Shown piece after piece: positions 24,126 to 36,958 of a stretch of DNA of 64,000 nucleotides (position 1 is its first letter; each line of letters begins with the position of its first letter). The stretch lies in assembly GCF_006345805.1 (NCBI RefSeq), contig NC_043009.1, positions 10,540,001-10,604,000 of the forward strand, written 5' to 3'. A model generated the notes under the pieces. The model was not told the DNA's origin, made no database searches, and was given only the letters and a program-made list of their open reading frames with translations. This stretch comes from Octopus sinensis (taxonomy: Eukaryota). Both the position numbers and the translations under genes were made by a program.

Positions 24126-26165
24126 CTGAATGCCGATGGTAACCGTATATCTCCTTTGTGGCAGCACACCTGTCTCTATCATCATTCCTGATCTCTCTCT
24201 CTCTCTGGTCAGGTAACCTTGTACCTCCTCTACAACAAGACACTGGTTTCTGTCTCTCTGTTTCATCATCTGACACAGGATCACCTCCTCCAATGCCTCC
24301 TCTCCTCTCAGAAGACTTTTTTTGTCTTGCAAGGTACTTGGTGACCCTGTGCCACTTAAAAAGCATCCAGTCCACATTGTAAAGGGGTCAGCATCCAGCT
24401 GAAGTAGCCATGTATCTTGTCTATTGCTAGACCCCTATTTCCGTTTCCCTATTCATACTCTAACTGCCCATCACTTGGTATAAAGCCAACTCCCACCTCC
24501 ACAGAGGGGCCCTGTCTTGTAAGTTATTTGGTGATCTCACTGCTGTTAGTGCCATGTAAAAAGTACAAATTACATTCTGTAAAATGACTGATATTAAGAA
24601 GGGTATGCCAGTACAAGGTGTAGGGCTTGATGCAGTCCTCTGACTTGCTAGCTCCTGTCAAAACATCCAATCCATACCAGCATGGAAAGAGCATGTTAAA
24701 TGATTTTGATGAATATGATGGTCTTCTTCCACTTTCTATCAGATCCACTGACAACATTTTGGTCTGCCTGAGCCTATAGCAGAAGACACTTGCTCAAGGT
24801 ACGATACAGTGGCACTTCTTAAGCCAAGACTTCATGGTTGGGGAGCAAACTTCTTCACCACACAGCTACGCCAGCACCTATACTAATTGATGGAGTAAGT
24901 TACAGTATCAATAATTTAGTTTATTTTCAGAAAATAAATGAAGTTTTGTTTAGATAAAGGAAAGTAAAATGGTGATAGATGCACAGGTTGATGATATACA
25001 TCATCATCATCATCATCATAGTTTAATGTCTGCTTTCCATGCTAGCATAGGTTGGACAATTTGACTGACGTCTGGCAAACCAGATGGCTGCCCCAGACTC
25101 CATTCTGATGTGGCAGAGTTTCTACAGCTGGATGCCCTTCCTAATGCCAACCTCTCCAAGAATGTAGTAGGTGTTTTTACATGCCACCAACATGAGGGCC
25201 AGTCAGGCAGTACTGGCAATGGCCATGCTCAAATGGTGCTTTTTATGTGCCACCTGCTCAGGAGCCAGTCCAGTGGCACTGGCAACGGCCTCGCTTGAAT
25301 GTTTTTTTCACATGCCACCTGCACAAGTGCCAGTAAGGTGATGCAGGTAATGACCACGCTCGAATGGTGTGTTTAATTTGCCATCGGCATGGAGGCCAGT
25401 TTGTTGCTCTGGCAACGATCTCACTCGTATGGTACTCTTAGCGCTCCACTAGCACAGATGCCAGTCATCGAATTTTATTTCGATTTCACTTGCCTCCACT
25501 CTCTTTCTCTCTAAGTAACGGGAACATAAACACACCAGCATCGGTTGTCAAGCAATGTTTGGCGGACAAACACAGACACACAAACATACACACACGTACA
25601 TATACATATATATGGCGGGCTTCTTTCAGTTTCCGTCTACCAAATCCAATCACAAGGCTTTGGACGGCCCGAGGCTATAGTAGAAGACACTTGCCCAAGG
25701 TGCTACGCAGTGGGACTGAACCCGGAACCATGTGGTTGGTAAACAAGCTACTTACCACAAAGCCACTCCTGCGCCTATTTGTAAATTTTTCATTGCCATG
25801 TGGTTTATTATATTAGGATTTTTCAATTTAGAATGAATTATGGGACAAGTTTATTGTTTTGTATGAGACTAGCAAGTTCAGATTCTATGCTGAACTAGGG
25901 AAACATAAAATTGGAGAGCTTCTTGCAAGATGTTGCATGAACACAACTTATGACATCTGATCATGATCCTCTCAAATATGCAACCTGAAAGTTAGTTAGA
26001 GGATTGGGCTCTGTAAGGGTGGCACAGATGGTAATATATTGAGCAGTAATTAATGTTGTTGATTAACGACCGAGTTCAGTATCTGACATTGCATTTTATC
26101 CTGCTGTTGGCCTTCTTTATGCAGTTCAATAGACAACAGCTCCAATGGCATCATCTGTGTATGTA

Positions 26166-26804
26166 CGAGAGAGTGCTGAAAAGTTTCTGACTTTGGGTAA
26201 AAGAAAATACGGGAGGATCAGTTATTCTTTTACTTGTTTCAGTCATTTGACTGTCGCCATGCTGGAGCACCGCCTTTTAGTCGAGCAAATTGACCCCAGG
26301 ACTTATTCTTTGGAAGCCTAGTACTTATTCTATCGGTCTCTTTTGCCGAACCACTAAGTTACGGCGACGTAAACACACCAGCATCGGTTGTCAAGCGATG
26401 TTGGGGGAAAAACACAGACACACAAACATATACACACACACATATATCATCATCATCATCATCATATATATATATATACATATATACGGGGGGGGGGGGC
26501 TTCTTTCAGTTTCTGTCTACCAAATCCACTCACAAGGCTTTGGTCGGCCCGAGGCTATAGTAGAAGACACGTGCCCAAGGTGCCACGTAGTGGGACTGAA
26601 CCCGGAAACATGTGGTTGGTTAGCAAGCTACTTACCACAGAGCCACTCCTATGCCTTAATAATGATTTTATCCAACACATTCCCCTCTCAGATTCACACA
26701 TTTATTGCTGTGGTCTTTCAGTTTTTCTGTGCCCTGTAAAACAACTTTGAAGGTCAGGCCTTTTGCAGTACCCTTAAAACCAGGAACTTTTCAGTACCCT
26801 CTCG
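26166..26804. mobile_element. Mariner MITE interrupted by a SINE-B
   Basis: TA|CGAGAGAGTGCTGAAAAGTTTCTG ... CCAGGAACTTTTCAGTACCCTCTCG|TA; SINE at 26225-26655. Confidence 0.8.
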
Positions 26805-29306
26805 TATAGTGGGACATATTTGAGCTTTGTACAACATCCTTTGCATAACAAAATTAAATTATTTCTAGAAACATCCAGACTAGGAAAATGTGGTGGACTT
26901 TATTTTTCCCAATTAAAATAGTCATTAAGTAACAAACTAAGCTACTGTTGATACCTTAACACTAAAAAAAATACCACAAAAAGAATTTTAAATTTATATG
27001 CTTTAAGTTAATAACTTCGTTGAAATTGTATTTTACTTCAACAGTTTCAAAATTTTTTTTTATTAAAAAGTAAAGCGGAATTAAGTGTGACATAATTAAA
27101 TGTGTTAAAAGCCATTTAGAGAGGCTTATCTGTATAAAAACCATAGTTTATTTGCAGTAAGCTTCTTAAGATATTAGTTTCCTGCCTGAATACAATAAAT
27201 CCAATTTATTTTTTTTTCTAGCAGGTTGTTGTATTTATAATTTCAGTTAGACTATGAGCAACAGAATAATGTATTGTCAAATTTAGATTATTTATATAAG
27301 TTGTGTAAGAGAGTAGACTCTCTGACAAATTTCAAATTGATTTTTTTAGATCTAAGATCTTTATTTACCACTTTTGGAATCATATTTCTGATAAGACACC
27401 TACGTATTTCAGTTAATTTTAAAAACAAAGGATTTGGTCAGATTTAGTAAAATAACTCAATATTATCTAAGGGCAGAATCATTAGCACGCCAGGCAAAAT
27501 GACGCTAGTATTTTATCCCCTGCCCTGAAATTGCTGGCCTTGTGCCAAAATTTGAAATGAGTATTAAGTTGCTGTCTTACTTAAAATTATATTGAAATAT
27601 AATTAAAAAAAAAATCTAAATGAGAGGTTGTATAACAACCAGAAGCAGTCACTGGCTGAATAACATCAAAAGTGCTAACTATGTTATATAGTTATATATA
27701 TATATGCGCAGGAGTGGCTGTGTGGTAAGTAGCTTGCTTACCAACCACATGGTTCCGGGTTCAATCCCACTGTGTGGCACCTTGGGCAAGTGTCTTCTAC
27801 TATAGCCTCGGGCCTTGTGAGTGGATTTGGTAGACGGAAACTGAAAGAAGTCCGTCGTATATATGTATATGTGTGCATGTATGTTTGTGTGTACAGTGTA
27901 GTGTTAGGTGCAGAAACGTTAGCACGCCGGGCGAAATGCGTAGCCGTATTTTGTCTGCCGTTACGTATTGAGTTCAAATTCCGCCGAGGTCGACTTTGCC
28001 TTTCATCCTTTCGGGGTCGATAAATTAAGTACCAGTTACACACTGGGGTTGATGTAATCGACTTAATCCGTTTGTCCTCTCTTGTGGGTAGTAAAGAAAT
28101 AGGTATGGCTGTCTCGTAAGGAGCTTGCTTCCTAACATGTATCTTCTACTATCGCCTTGGGCCAACCAAAACCTCGTAAGTGGATTTGGTCGATGGAAAC
28201 TGAAAGAAGCTTGTCGTATATATCTGTGTGTGTTTTGTGTCTGTGTTTGTCCTATCATCACCACCATCATCCTGTGTTTTTGTTCCCATAACTTAGCAGT
28301 TTGACAAAAGAGACTGATAAAATAAGTACTAAGCTTTAAAAAAAGTCTTGGGGTTGATTTGTTCAACTAAAATCCTTCAGAGCAGTGCTCCAGCATGGCT
28401 GCAGTCAAATGACAAATGAATAAAAGAATATATATGTGTGTGTATATGTATATATAGGCGCAGGAGTGGCTGTGTGGTAAGTAGCTTGCTTACCAACCAC
28501 ATGGTTCCAGGTTCAGTCCCACAGCGTGGCACCTTGGGCAAGTGTCTTCTACTATAGCCAGCCAAAGCTTTGTGAGTGGATTTGGTAGATGGAAACTGAA
28601 AGAAGCCTGTCGTATAGATATATATATATGGTTGTGTGTCTGTGTTTGTCCTCCAAACATCACTTGACAACCAATGCTGGTGTGTTTACGTCCCTGTAAC
28701 TTAGCGGTTCAGCAAATGAGACCGATAGAATAAGTACTAGGCTTAGAAAGAATAAGTCCTGGGGTTGATTTGCTCGACTAAAGGCGGGGTTCCAGCATGG
28801 CCGCAGTCAAATGACTGACAAATAAAAGATACGTATGTATGTATATTTCTTTTAGTTAGGAGGGAAGGCATTGGCCATGATTCCAGATGAAGTTATCCTC
28901 AGATTGCAGACCTGCGCTGTAAACGTGCAACAAAGTAGATACAGCTAAGTACACTGAAGGTACCTTGTGGTGATGTTAAAGCAGGCAAGAGATTAAGTCT
29001 CTCACCTGAGTAGCAGCATGGTAGGATTTGAACTCAGAATATAAAGAGCCGAACAAATACTATTTGGCCCAACAGTTTTATTGTTCTACCAATCCATTGC
29101 TATGGATTTTTTTTTTTATTGTTGACATTACTATTTGATCACCTTGATTGTTTGATTGTTTCAACCCATCTTGCACTGGTCCCTCACAGGTAAGATACTG
29201 GACAACTGGTTGTGGTGCCTTCTTTGGTGCAGATGCCTCATCAGGTGACCTTTCAAAAGGTACCTCACTGAGTAGACTTGGTTTCACTTAGTTTGATTAT
29301 AATACA

Positions 29307-29678
29307 CTAGCACTATGACCTGGCAATGCCGGGTCATAGTGCTAGTGAATGCATATACAGCTGGGTGCGTGCGCACATACATGCGAATACTGTCCAAATC
29401 TCCGACCAATCACATACAGCTAGATGGCATTCAATTGGCATATCAAGTTTCGGGCATTTTGATTGGGTTTTGGATAGAAAATTCACAAAAAAGTCACTTC
29501 TATTGATTTTTTAATGGCTTTGTTGGGTGACTGGGGAAATGTAAAGATGTGCACGACCACCCTTGCACGGTTTTGAATAACCATAGAAAGTGCGAGCCCT
29601 CTAGCTGAAAAATTGTGGATTTGTATAAAGGACATGCACACTCACACACAGACAGACATTTTGCCGTTTATATATATA
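29307..29678 (-). mobile_element. Non-autonomous Helitron family 1, copy 1
   Basis: Reverse complement of the 30730-31089 element; terminal hairpin CTAGCACTATGACC..GGGTCATAGTGCTAG. Confidence 0.8.
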
Positions 29679-29936
29679 ATTTTATTTGTCTGTAGCTGGT
29701 TGCATACAGGGTTTCATGGTTTGGAATGACTTGGAATGGAGTACAGTTCATTTTTTTAATATAGATAATGGACCTACTTATAGTTAATCATAAATAAAAT
29801 GTGTATATCAGAATTTAAAAAAAAATCAAGATAATTATTCAATAAGTAGTTAAGGACTTGAATGAATCAGGTATTTAAATGATAGGCACCAGGTTGGGTT
29901 GAACTTGTAAATGACACCTTACAAGTAAAGTATTCC

Positions 29937-30169
29937 TATTTCTTTATTACTCACAAGGGGCTAAACATAGAGGGGACGAACAAGGACAGACAAAGGGATT
30001 AAGTGGATTACATCAACCCCAGTGTGTAACTGGTACTTAATTTATCAACCTTGAAAGGATGAAAGGCAAAGTCGACCTCGGCAGAATTTGAACTCAGAAC
30101 GTTATGGCAGATGAAATACCGCTAAATATTTCGCCCGGCGTGCTAATGTTTCTGCCAGCTCGCCGCCTA
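29937..30169 (-). mobile_element. SINE family A copy with 17-bp TSD, inserted in an RTE RT fragment
   Basis: TACAAGTAAAGTATTCC at 29920-29936 and 30170-30186; the flanking minus-strand sequence encodes FDSVHRG..KILKA..PDGETEYF. Confidence 0.85.
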
Positions 30170-30729
30170 TACAAGTAAAGTATTCCGTCTCTCCATCAGG
30201 ATTGATCACGTTCACGCTGGAGTTCTCATACAGCTTACTTATTGCTCTCAGAATTCTCTGTGGAATATTGTTTGCTTTAAGTATCTTCATTATCATTCCT
30301 CTATGTACCGAATCAAAAGTAAATGACATCTTTAGTTGAATAAGTATCACGTGTACCAAAGTACATCCAGTAAAAAGATTCAGCTTATGTTTGCGAAGAA
30401 TTTAACTCTTATGAATATTTTAATAGCCTACATTGTATTTATTGTGTTCCCGCAGACATTTTTGGAATAGATTAATTAGTACATTACATGATAACTAAAA
30501 AAAGACAAAAAAAATTCTTCAGATGATACAAAACATTTCTAACAATATAAGAACAATATTTGACCACAGTGTTGTTCCTACAGTGTTTGAAATGTTATTT
30601 ATCTGAAGAAAATGGGTTTTTTTTTTTAGTTCTGCTGTAATATACTCATTAATCTATTAAAAATATCTGCTAGAAACAGCTATAATGAAGTGACACTTAT
30701 CCATCGTTTCTTATTTATTTGTGCATATA

Positions 30730-31089
30730 TCTCTATATATATATATAAACGGCAAAATGTCTGTCTGTGTGTGTGTGTCCTTTATACAAATCCACAATTT
30801 TTCAGTTAGAGGGCTCGCACTTTCTATGGTCATTCAAAACCGTCCAAGGGTGGTCATGCACATCTTTACATTTCCCCAGTCACCCTGCAAAGCCATTAAA
30901 AAATCAATAGAAGTGAATTTTGTGAATTTTCTATCAAAATGCCCGAAACTTGATACGCCAATTGAATGCCAGCTAGCTGTATGTGATTGGTCGGAGATTT
31001 GGACAGTACTCGCGTGTATGTGCGCACGCACGCAGCTGTATATGCATGCACTAGCACTATGACCTGGCGTTGCCGGGTCATAGTGCTAG
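30730..31089 (+). mobile_element. Non-autonomous Helitron family 1, copy 2
   Basis: A|TCTCTATATAT...hairpin...CTAG|T; 5'-TC, 3'-CTAG, AT insertion site, no TSD. Confidence 0.85.
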
Positions 31090-31385
31090 TCATATATTAT
31101 GTATGGAAGCCTGTTAATATATATAACAGGCTTCCATACAATTTCTGCCTAGCAGTTTTACTTATAAGGCATTTGCCAGCCCGTGGCTCTGTAGAAGACA
31201 GCCAAGGTGCTGTACAGTGGGCCTGAACCTGAAGCCACATGGTTGGCCAGCAAACTTGTTATCCACAAAACTGTGTCTTTGGATTTGCCATTGTTTCTTA
31301 TTCCTTCAGTAGGGATTGAACTACCAACAAAATGCTTTGTGTGTTTTTTAAAAACAATAACCTATTTATTTTCTGTTTGTTTTAG

Positions 31386-31432
31386 TTGTGACTGGATCTA
31401 CAGATGGAATTGGTAAAGCCTATGCAGAAGAA
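31386..31432 (+). CDS. HSD17B12: HSD17B12 exon 2 (Rossmann TGxxxGxG motif)
   Basis: tttag|TT GTG ACT GGA TCT ACA GAT GGA ATT GGT AAA GCC TAT GCA GAA GAA|gtaagt = (V)VTGSTDGIGKAYAEE, 47 nt. Confidence 0.95.
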
Positions 31433-31499
31433 GTAAGTGTATGCGTCTTGCTCTATGAACTAAATACCATTTTGTTTTCCTTCCACTCTTTTTCTCATT

Positions 31500-31762
31500 G
31501 TTAGTTAGTTAGTTAGTTTTTTGGCTCAAAAAGCAAAAAGCAAGGCCATGTAGGGGGACATGGAGTTATGTACAGGGTGGTGTTCATGTAAAAGTTCAGG
31601 CCACTTGAGGTCAAGGGAGACTTTGAACAAAGCGGTCGTTGGCATCTTCACCATCTCGTCTGGCAGCTTGTTCCACGGATCCGCAACCCGGACGGAGAAA
31701 GCCCCTCTCCTTCGATTGAGATGAAATCGTCGCAGATAGAGCTTTTCGGAATGACCCCGCAT
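31500..31762 (-). mobile_element. CR1/L2-like LINE 3' fragment
   Basis: RGHSEKL...RRGAFSVRVADPWNKLP..FKVSLD; (TAAC)n tail. Confidence 0.8.
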
Positions 31763-33232
31763 TGTGTTATATGCATGCTGTTTTTGTTTTCATTAATGTT
31801 GGTATGTTGAGTTTCTTTTAGATTAAATACATATGGTGTTACCTTACATATATATATATATAATCATCATCATCATTTAACGTCCGCTTTCCATGCTAGC
31901 ATGGGTTGGACGATTTGATTCCAAACACACAAGCCAGAACAAAATATGTAAGACATTCAGTCCAGTGTTTCTGCCATTCCACTAATCCTCCATCTGAGAT
32001 CGGTAGTTGCTTTAATCAACCTCTAACCCTAGCCATACCTGGCCCCCAAATATTCTTGTTCTATGTCCAAACCAGTCAGATATGGCCTTTCACAACCACC
32101 TAAAAATGTCATTCTGAAAATAAGCAATCATGTCATTGAAATCTCAAAGCTATGAGATAACGAATGATTAATTGAAAATGTCATTAAATAAGCATTATAT
32201 ATGACAAAGTAATCGAAATGCTTAACGAGTTAAAGGATAAAAAGCAAAATGGACTCCAGAAAGACTTGAACTCAGAGCACAGTATCAAAGGAGTACCACA
32301 AGGCATCCTATCTGACACTCTAACAACTTCACCAAACGGCTGTGTATGTATGTATATGTATGTATGTGTATATACATATACACAAACATACACAAATGTT
32401 CCTTTACTTTTTAGATTAACTTTTCCATTAATTATACAGTGAAGTATCTATAGATAAACTAAACATATCGAGTTTCACCATTGTATACACTCAGTCTGAA
32501 ATGTAGAGTCATGAAATATTTCAACTGCCGAGGAAAGTGGAGGGAAAATAAAACCATTATCTTATGATTTATCTTAACAACCGAACAATGTTGTTTGCTT
32601 TAGAATACAAGTCTATCAGTCAGATAACATTGCTATCATATTACTTGGAGTTATTGATCATTTCCCTCGTTACTTGGCCAAACACGAACTACCAAATCTT
32701 TTTTCTTTTTTTTTGTTACAGCAGGTTAGGGGAAGTAAAGGCTTACTCAACTAATAAATTCAATTTTATACCGACTCTTTCAGGTACCTGTGATGAGTGA
32801 ATTATAAACTTCGTATTTTGTGCAAAAAATGAAGATCTTAGCCTATTTCTTCAGAAACACATTCTTTTACTTGTTTCAGGCATTTGACTGTGGCCATGCT
32901 GCAGCACCACCTTAAAGGGTTTTTAGTCAAATTGACCCCAGGACTTTTTTGCAAGCCTAGTATTTACTCTATCAGTCTCTTTTGCCAAACTGCTAAGTTA
33001 CAAGGACATAAACAAACCAACATCAGTTGTCAAGTGATGGCGGGAGTGGGACAAACATAAAGGCACACACATAAATCTATACATATATATATATATACAA
33101 CGGGCTTCTTTCAGTTTCCATCTACCAAATCCACTCACAAGGTTTTGGTCAGCCTGAGGCTATAGAAGACACTTAGCAAAGGCACCACACAGTAGGACTG
33201 AACCCAAACCCACATGGCTGTAAAGCAAGCTT

Positions 33233-33900
33233 ATAATAATAATAATAATGAAATTATTGTATACAGTGCTCAGGTGCACCACAACCTGTCAAAAGTGCAT
33301 ATAAAACATCTGCAGGAAAGTACAAATGTCTGGAAAGTGAACAGTGTATGAGTCAGATACATGCCTGCGTGTGTATGGAGGGGAGAAAATCAAGTGTAGT
33401 GTTGGCAAATCTCAGGAAGCATGGAAGTTTTGAAGGATGCAGTGCTCCGACAACTAACAACTGATGTCGGCAGTTTGTTCCCTGCTTCAGCAACTCTCAG
33501 CATGAAAAAATGTTTCCTGAAGTCATGGGAGCTGTGCTGCTTTCTTACTTTGTAAATATGTCCACGGGTGTTAGATGGGTGGAGTTTGAAAAGGTGCTCA
33601 GAGTTATTGTTTGTACGATGGTTGATAATTTTATGGGTGTCTGCCAGGCATCGGAGTTTCAATGTGTCCATGCCCAGGGAAGTAAGGCGTTCAGGATATG
33701 GCAAATGCCTGATGGAGGGTATTCTTTTGGTTGCACGTCGCTGAACGGCTTCCAGACGATTGATATCCTGGGCAAGATAGGGGTTCCAGACCGGTGATGC
33801 AAATTCCAGGTGAGGTCTTACCATAGCTATATAAAGCCGCAGATAGATAGCCGGAGAGCGGCTCACAAAGGATTTGGTGAGTGATGCCAAGACACCCTCA
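33233..33900 (-). mobile_element. CR1-like LINE 3' fragment
   Basis: LYIAMVRPHLEFASPVWNPY..LEAVQRRATK..YPERL..TRGH..FFMLRV; (ATT)n tail; inverted 3'UTR copy at 34272-34482. Confidence 0.9.
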
Positions 33901-35393
33901 CCCTCATGTATCTGGCTCATACACATAGACTTACATTGATTTTTCAAAAGGTGAGATGTTCTGGGTATTTTTACATACACGCTATTACCTTTTTTTCCCC
34001 TGATAATTTGCTCAAATTTAATTAGGAATCGAACTAAGAAAACTTATGCAATTCATGTTTGTATGAAAAAAAAAAGAAAGAAAAAAACTCATTCATGGGA
34101 CATAACTCTGCCTTTAGTTAATTTCTCTTACCTGCCGTATTTAAATATCTGCATATGTCAGTGCCCTAAATTGTCTGTTTTAGTATAATTTGAAACGCCT
34201 AATGTACATTCAAGTCCTACTTTACTGGGATGAGTAGTTATGTCTTATTTATTTCTGTAGTAAATATTTGGACTGCTGCGTCCTTCAAAACTTCCATGCT
34301 TCCTGAGATTCGCCAACACTACACCTGATTTTCTCCCCTTCATACACACACAAGCATGTATCTGGCTCATACATTGTTCACTTCCTAGATATTTGTACAT
34401 TACTGCATATGCTTTATATGCACTTTTGACAAGTTGTGGTGCACCTGAGCACTGAATACAATAATTTCATTATTATTATTATTAAGAACCTGATAGTTGT
34501 TTAAATTAGTGCTCCTCAAAGTGGTGGTCCATGGACTGGTGCCGGTCCATGAGTCATCAGCTGCTGGTAGATGGCGAGTTTCCAGAAAAGAAAGAAACAT
34601 AAAATGCATATGTAATATTGTATTATTTGTTTACAAAATGAAAATAAAATTGTCAACTTTTATTATATTCATTTTATATACTGTTTCCGTATAGGCTATT
34701 GTAGAAGACACTTGCCCGAGGTGCCCCACAGTGGAACCATGTGGTTTGTAAGCAAACTACTTACCACACAGCCATTCCTGATGATTATTTTCATTTCTAT
34801 CAAACTATCAAACTGCTAAGTTACTAGACAAAGATATAAGCACACACAACATATACTAAACACATACACACACGCTTATATACAGAGTTTCTACTTACTA
34901 AATTCCGCTCACTAAATTTTGGGTAACCTAAGACCACAGTAGCAAAGACTAACCCAAAGTACCTTGCTGTTGGATTGAACCTGGTACCTGACCTCCTTAA
35001 CCAAATTACTGAGGCTGCATGTAGTACAGTGATGCTATTTTTTTTTTGTTTTAGTTCAATGTGTTGAAATTTTAATTTCTTTAATAATTCTGTTATTGAA
35101 GTATCACATGTACACATACAACTATTTATAGGGTATTCTTGCATAGGGATTTCATTAAAAATTTTTTCGTGTATCGCCTAAAAACCTGTAGGTGTGTTAC
35201 AGGTGTGCTATCATTGGTCTGGAATGGCATTGGTTTGTTATAATTTTAGTTTCTGTTAATCTTAGTAATTATGCTGCCATTGGTTCTTACAATATTTTAT
35301 CTTAATTGCACTCATCACATTGATAATTATTCATCATGTAATTAATGAATGAATTTTGTAAGTTTTTATATTTTATTATTTCTTCCCAAACAG

Positions 35394-35469
35394 TTGGCAT
35401 CAATGGGTTTGAACATAGTTTTAATAAGTAGAACTCCAGAAAAACTAGCTGCTGTTGCCAAAGAAATTG
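35394..35469 (+). CDS. HSD17B12: HSD17B12 exon 3
   Basis: cag|LASMGLNIVLISRTPEKLAAVAKEI-G|gtaaat, 76 nt; the ISR basic residue is typical of NADPH-preferring SDRs. Confidence 0.95.
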
Positions 35470-36847
35470 GTAAATATATCTTTTTAAATGTTATTTAAAG
35501 AGCATTTTGTAAGTAATATACAAAATTAATGTTGTTATCTGAACTAAGTAAAAGCTAATATCTTTTATGTTTCTTCTGGTTTTAATCTTGGTTATTGTTA
35601 TTATTAACTATGTCAACAGTATTTGTTGTAGCTTTTCCATATTGATCGAGGAAGATAAAATAGTAATTAGTAAACTTAGTTGGTCCAAAGCCTACCAAGA
35701 AATTGGTTTCTATGGTCGGATGCCCTTCCTAACACCAACCACTTCACAATGTGTGCTGGGTGCTTTTAATGTGAAATCAGCACGAGCACTTCTACACGGC
35801 ACTGGCACAACTGCTTTTTATGTGACACCAGCGCAGGGGTCTTGCAGGCCAATACTTTTTGTCAGAGGAAGTGGCCCTAACGCTTCTGTAATTTGTGTAA
35901 AATTTTCCTACAAGTGGCTATAAAGTATCAGTCTTACTATCTGTTTTGGTGCATGTCATTCTGGTCATTCTTGTGTTACAATATGTTTTGTGACATCTAC
36001 CACCATGTCTCAAAAATAAATTCTTTAAATGTTGCTAGTCATATGAATTACCATGCTGTTGTCTTCTTCTTCCAATCAGGACTCACGCCATTAGCCACAA
36101 AGAATAATCTCTAATTCGAGCCTACTCTAAGCAACTAAGAATACATATGGCAACTTGAAGATCCACCCACCACAAACAATAGACTGGTGGTTGCACGGGC
36201 GCGAAATCTACGTTGTTATCCTCATTCCATAAACATGGGCTTTTTAACGGGTGGAGAGCTGAACCATCCTGGGGTACAGAGGATTCGCAATCTAGACTAG
36301 GGTCTGAAAGTTTACCACACCATAGTGGGTTACACCATGGTTCCTCTGCTTTGTGGCAGGAGTAGGAAGAAATAGTGAGAGAAAGTTGTGGTGAAAGAGT
36401 ACAACGGGGTTCACCCCTATCCCCTGCCGGAGCCTCGAGGCGCTTAGGTGTTTTTGCTCAATAAACACTCACAATGCCCTGTCTGGGAATCGAAACCGCG
36501 TTCTTACAACCGCGAGTCCACTGCCCTAACCACAGTGCCATTGTGCCTCCACTCCATACTGTTGTTGTGTAACCTCTGGCCAAGCATGATTGAACAACCT
36601 GTGCGTAAATGTGATCCAGCCATGACCATCTCACCAGTTTAAGGATGTCTAAGTGCTTCATTATCTTTTGTATCTTTTTCTTGTTTATGACATGATTTCT
36701 GATAGATCTGGCTGCTATTTCTAGTTATTCAAGTGACCATTTAGAAACCCCTTGCATTGACTGTGGATTGCTATTATATTGTATTAAACAAAATTTTTCC
36801 GTATTTTATTTCTATATTTCATTGTATTTTTATTTCTTATATTTCAG

Positions 36848-36958
36848 AGACGACTTATAAAGTTGAAACCAAAACAATTACTATGGATTTTTCTGATAGA
36901 AAATTAAATTATGGTGAAATAAAATCAGTATTAAAGGATATGAAAATCTCTACTTTAG
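36848..36958 (+). CDS. HSD17B12: HSD17B12 exon 4
   Basis: tttcag|(E)TTYKVETKTITMDFSDRKLNYGEIKSVLKDMKISTL-G|gtaat, 111 nt. Confidence 0.93.

Noticed and set aside
29078-29287. Possible extra exon (CAG|GTAAGA at 29189) or minus-strand ORF
   Set aside because: No homology to the SDR, and the gene model is complete and in frame without it.
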